This document shows positions 60,265 to 64,000 of a stretch of 64,000 nt of DNA, in pieces. Under the pieces are notes generated by a model, which saw only the letters and a program-made list of their open reading frames with translations, made no database searches and was not told the origin of the DNA. Source of the DNA: Chrysomallon squamiferum (Eukaryota; Animalia; Mollusca); the NCBI GenBank assembly GCA_012295275.1, contig CM022672.1:32984001-33048000 (forward strand), in the 5' to 3' direction. A program made the translations under genes and the position numbers. Positions within the stretch are counted from its first letter, which is position 1; the number at the start of each line of letters is the position of its first letter.

Positions 60265-63200
60265 ACCTTGTTTATAAAAAATGAAAAATATTTTAGGATA
60301 CAAATCATATTCTTTAAATTAGTTTTATTATCTTTTTTTCAGATATGAAATCTGTTCCACCTGGTCATACCTGAGTGAATTCTGGTTGACGATCTGGTTT
60401 TGCACCTTCATCTCTGTAACACCTGGCTATTTGGTAATACCTGTCCAACCCCCCCACCATCAGCAGCTGTTTAAACTGTAACAATAAAATACATTTTAAA
60501 ATTTAATATTTGTTTTATTTAATAAATAAATAAGAAAAAGTGTTTTGGCATTCCTATCAGAAAATTAGGTTTTACAAAAAAAAAAAATATTGAAAGTTTG
60601 TTTGGTGCATTTAAATTGTATAAAATGATTTAGATATTCAGTAGCATCACTATATATCAGTTTAAAAAAATGCAAATAAATAAAAAACAAATTTAAGTAA
60701 AAAAATATCAAAAAAACATTTGTCTAATAATAATATAATAGTTGTAGTAATCAAAGTAATAATAATAATAATAATTGTAATAATAATCATAAAGTAACAA
60801 TAACAAAATCAAGACAGTAACAATAGCAACAAAACAATAATAATAACAAATAAATTCAAATCAATATCTTAATTATTTTTAAAACAAAACTTATTATTAA
60901 AAATAACAGTACAAACAACAGCAACAAACAACACACAACAAAAAATAATTTATAATAAAATATCTAAATTATTATATTTTTAAAATACTATATTAGAAAT
61001 TATATACATAAAATACACATTCTATACAACTATATATTATAAAAACACTATATTCTAGTACTATATATATATATATAAAACACTACATTCTACACAACTA
61101 TTTAATGTAAATTTCTCTACCTGTTGTGGACTCTGAGGTAGACTATAAAATTTTCCAGGATATCGACTGGGAACAACAAACTCTTGAGCTCCCTGAAATA
61201 AAAATAATTTACTTTATTGAAAAATTAAAACCTTTATAGAGAACAATAGATGATAAAAAAAATATATATATATATATTAAAATATTTATTTTATTTATTA
61301 TTATCTTTTTAAATAATTTTTGTTTTTGTTTTGAATTATCAGTTTGTGAGTGTATGTGTTTCTTGTGTGTGTTTGTAGTTGGTCATTGTATGTGTTTTAT
61401 GTTTTCTAAAAAATTATATCAGAAAAGGAAATTATGGAAAAATAATTAAATGTAATGTTACAAATGTGTATCTGTGTTTGGTATGTATCTTTCTTGAAGT
61501 GTAGTTTTATTTGTTTATAAGTGAATGAATTACTTTTTGTGTTCAATATGTATGTATTTGTGTATATGTGTTTGTCTGTTTGTGACTGTGTTTATATACA
61601 TGTTTATGTGTGTGTGTGTGTGTGTTTGTGTGAATATATATATATAGAAAATAGATATTCAAAATGAGTGTGTGCATGCATTTATATTTTTTATATTATT
61701 AAAGCATAATCCTAGCTAACTTTTGTCATAAGATCTTTCTCTGCACACAACACACACACACAGACACATGATTGCCTGTTAACAGTGATCTAACAAAAAT
61801 GCTCTCACTCGGGAGTTTTTCTAAAACCCTCTCTGTCTCAACATCTCTCAAATTCTGAAACAAAACAACACACAAAGTGATTTTGTAACAAAAATGTTAG
61901 TTTCAACTAGTTAGTTTTTCTAAACAGAAAATGCTTTGGTGTCTCAACATCCATAAATTTTGAAACATTTAAAACAAAGGAAAAATAAATATTTTAATTA
62001 CAAATAACATAGTAGACTAAATGTTTTTGTTATTTTAAATTGTTTTTTCTTGTTTTTCATAGTTAAAAAAAGGCTATATACAAGATTTTAACTACAGACA
62101 TGTATTATTGTGTTTGTGTGTGTGTCTTATTTAACAAAATTTAGTTTCTGCAGCAAATTGAAAAAACCAAACAAAACATTTAGAGTGAAAGAAATGAAAT
62201 ATTTGACATAAAAATGAACTGAAACATATCAATCAGTCAATCAATAAATCAGTAATAAATAAATAAATTACAATGAATTTAACTATTTGATAGCAATGCC
62301 ATAGAAAATTATTTACAGTTTTATGCAGTGTTTGACAAATACTATCATTTAAGATAACTCAATTAACAAGGGAGACAATCCACTGCCATCCAAATCTTTA
62401 TGGCTTCCTCTTTTCCAATAAACAGCAAGGGATCTTTTTATATAAACTAACCAACAGACAGGACAGTAAATACCATTACCTTCTTTAAAACAAGTCATGG
62501 AGCAGTGGTTGGAACTAGAAATATTTAAATGATTCCATTGACAAAGATCGATCTGGTGACCCACTGCACTTTGAGAAGATGCTCTGCTACTGAACTCTGT
62601 GTCCCAGTTCTTTTCATCATTTACAATATATTTCTTTTTTTTTTTTATATTGTTATTACTAACCATGCATATCAGACAAAAACTGCCTCATTTTCATCAC
62701 CATTTTTGATCTGAGTCGAAGGTTTCTTTGCATTTCCTGTTGTCGAAGGTCAAGGTAACGATACTGCATCCTCAGAGACTCCTTAACCTAAAACCAACCA
62801 ATAGAAAAGTCTGTTACATATGAATTAATCAATCAGAAATACTTTTACATTTTTGTTACTGATGCAAGTTTATTTTCAGTGACACTTGAACATGAATTAA
62901 TAAAAATATATATTTTTTAAAACATTATTAACTAATATCTGTAAATGTTTAAAATCCATTTGTGTGATTTATATAAAGTTTGAGGACCATCACTGAACAC
63001 ATTATAAAATAAAATCTGTAATTATTAATGTCTGTATTTGCTGTGAGACCACAAAAAGAAACAATTACACCTACAAGATTAACTATAGAATTACAAATAA
63101 TGATGATGATGCTGGCAACAACAACAACTCAACAATAATAATGATAATAATAAATATATTTAAATTGTTTTAATGGTGATAAGGGCAAAATTTAAATTGC

Positions 63201-63454
63201 ATTAATAGCAACATCAAAACAACAACAATAACAATAATAATAATAATATAATAACAATAATTTAATAATAGTAATAATAATAATAATAGTAGTAATAATA
63301 ATACGGAAAACAGAATTTAAAAATGAAAAAGTCTGACAAAACATAACACTTTACCTTGAAAAACTCTTTGATTTCAAAAGGTAGACTTGGTGTACATCTG
63401 TTTAGGAACTTGAAGATTTTTTATTACAACTTCTATGTCTCCTGTGCTCATTTT
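37375..63454 (-). CDS. DARS2: Mitochondrial aspartyl-tRNA synthetase (5'-partial; earlier exons lie beyond the window)
   Basis: Exons 63454-63355 (+1 frameshift near 63405), 62787-62664, about 61854-61809 (garbled), 61192-61121, 60475-60371, 59355-59176, 58812-58705, 58295-58230, 46373-46221, 44215-44161, 40483-40400, 39769-39690, 38878-38768, 38411-38336, 37532-37375. Bacterial-type AspRS motifs: [115 protein letters not shown]. Confidence 0.96.
38910..39500. repeat. Compound (CA)/(GATA)/(GACA) microsatellite tract
   Basis: About 600 bp of mixed short repeats; source of the spurious C/V/Y-rich ORFs. Confidence 0.9.
40490..40790. repeat. Minisatellite of about 21 bp next to a DARS2 acceptor
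   Basis: tttatacaatatgtaaaat repeated more than ten times. Confidence 0.85.
42511..42795. repeat. (GA)n polypurine tract
   Basis: Pure then degenerate GA run. Confidence 0.9.
43655..44030. repeat. (CT)n polypyrimidine tract punctuated by TTTTTCAAA units
   Basis: CT runs with recurring tttttcaaa(c/t) and a duplicated ctctgtacctctgtctctttttcaaacac block. Confidence 0.9.
46385..51745. repeat. Local repeat family in the large DARS2 intron: inverted arm 46385-46550, direct copies 48499-49020 and 51315-51745
   Basis: 46391-46550 is the reverse complement of 48499-48660. 48605-49020 aligns directly with 51321-51745 (gacataaaatatttaattt...gtcagagaacaa...aaaatgcataactgc...tatattactgtatat). Confidence 0.85.
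49047..49281 (+). other. Probable 5'-UTR exon of the nested LRR gene
   Basis: GC-richer island bounded by a strong acceptor (ttttttctctaacag) and donor (AAG|GTAATT). The LRR coding exon itself begins at an acceptor (tttctttccag, 52383). Confidence 0.5.
52420..56261 (+). CDS. Leucine-rich-repeat type-I transmembrane protein (TLR-like ectodomain, no TIR), nested antisense in a DARS2 intron
   Basis: Signal peptide [24 protein letters not shown]; LRRNT CPQSCKC...VDCS; about 24 LxxLxLxxN repeats; [21 protein letters not shown]...YICDSP...FEC; [28 protein letters not shown]; long low-complexity tail. Track ORFs 52366-53145 and 53108-56119 join if one A is removed at 53035-53037. As written the stop is at 56119; a second +1 at about 56096 would extend it to 56261. 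Confidence 0.9.
59345..59725. repeat. Minisatellite of about 33-36 bp built from a DARS2 splice acceptor
   Basis: atatctacctgtaattaatt occurs at the true junction (59348-59367) and again near 59486, 59517, 59553, 59618 and 59704, plus decayed copies. Confidence 0.85.
62280..62605 (-). mobile_element. tRNA-derived SINE with a V-domain-like core (similar to molluscan V-SINEs)
   Basis: Minus-strand head has decayed A and B boxes (gagttcagtagcagagca; agatcgatct). The core reads tggtatttactgtcctgtctgttgg...tataaaaagatcccttgctg. Family assignment is from memory of the consensus, not from a search. Confidence 0.6.
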
Positions 63455-64000
63455 CTGAAACATAAATAGAGAATGAATAAGAGATTTTTTTTCATAAAAA
63501 GTTATTATTTAATGTATTTCAGGAAAGTGTCAAACGAAGTCTTCATTATGTCATATTTGAAAGGAGATTTTAATCATATTACAGCTTGGATTGCTCTTGT
63601 AGATTTCTAGAATGGGATATTTATCTGCACTTTTGAATATACCAGTAAGTAAGTATCATAAAATTTAATTATGCCAACAGTATTGCCTAGAATCAGTAAT
63701 TATGTTGACAAAGAAGATATAAAAAGATTAAATAATAAAATGATGATGATGATGATGAAAATACTAATAATGTAATATTTTTATAATATGTGAAGTCTTT
63801 ATCTGACTACATTCATTCATATACAAACATATGCACACTGACACACATCACATACACACACACATACACAGTCACACATAGATAAATGTTTCTTTATTCT
63901 CTAATAAATGTTTAGAACAACTGATAAAAAAAAAAAAAATTCGGTAAGCAACAAAAACAACAAAATGATGACAGTGAAACCTGATTATTTATTTTTTGTT

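Noticed and set aside
62540-62605. tRNA gene
   Set aside because: Decayed A/B boxes continue into a SINE body; no cloverleaf could be built.

Overview
Eukaryotic (animal) genomic DNA, very AT-rich and dense in microsatellites. A V-domain tRNA-SINE suggests a mollusc (inference). Five intron-containing protein genes were reconstructed by hand from GT-AG boundaries and reading phase: HSPA5/BiP (+, ends HDEL), ER alpha-1,2-mannosidase MAN1B1 (-), DR1/NC2-beta (+, head-to-head with MAN1B1), mitochondrial aspartyl-tRNA synthetase DARS2 (-, 5' end outside the window), and an LRR type-I membrane receptor nested antisense in an 11.9-kb DARS2 intron. The receptor has a single coding exon, a TLR-like ectodomain of about 24 LRRs, no TIR domain and a tail of about 570 aa. 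Four single-base insertions break otherwise intact ORFs and are most likely consensus errors. The most unusual signals are the TIR-less nested receptor, repeated tandem duplication of splice junctions (including an in-frame 60-bp donor array in MAN1B1), a 165-bp inverted repeat over a DARS2 acceptor, and a candidate poison exon in DR1. No prokaryotic system, CRISPR array, rRNA or tRNA gene was seen. Nothing here is proven novel without database searches.
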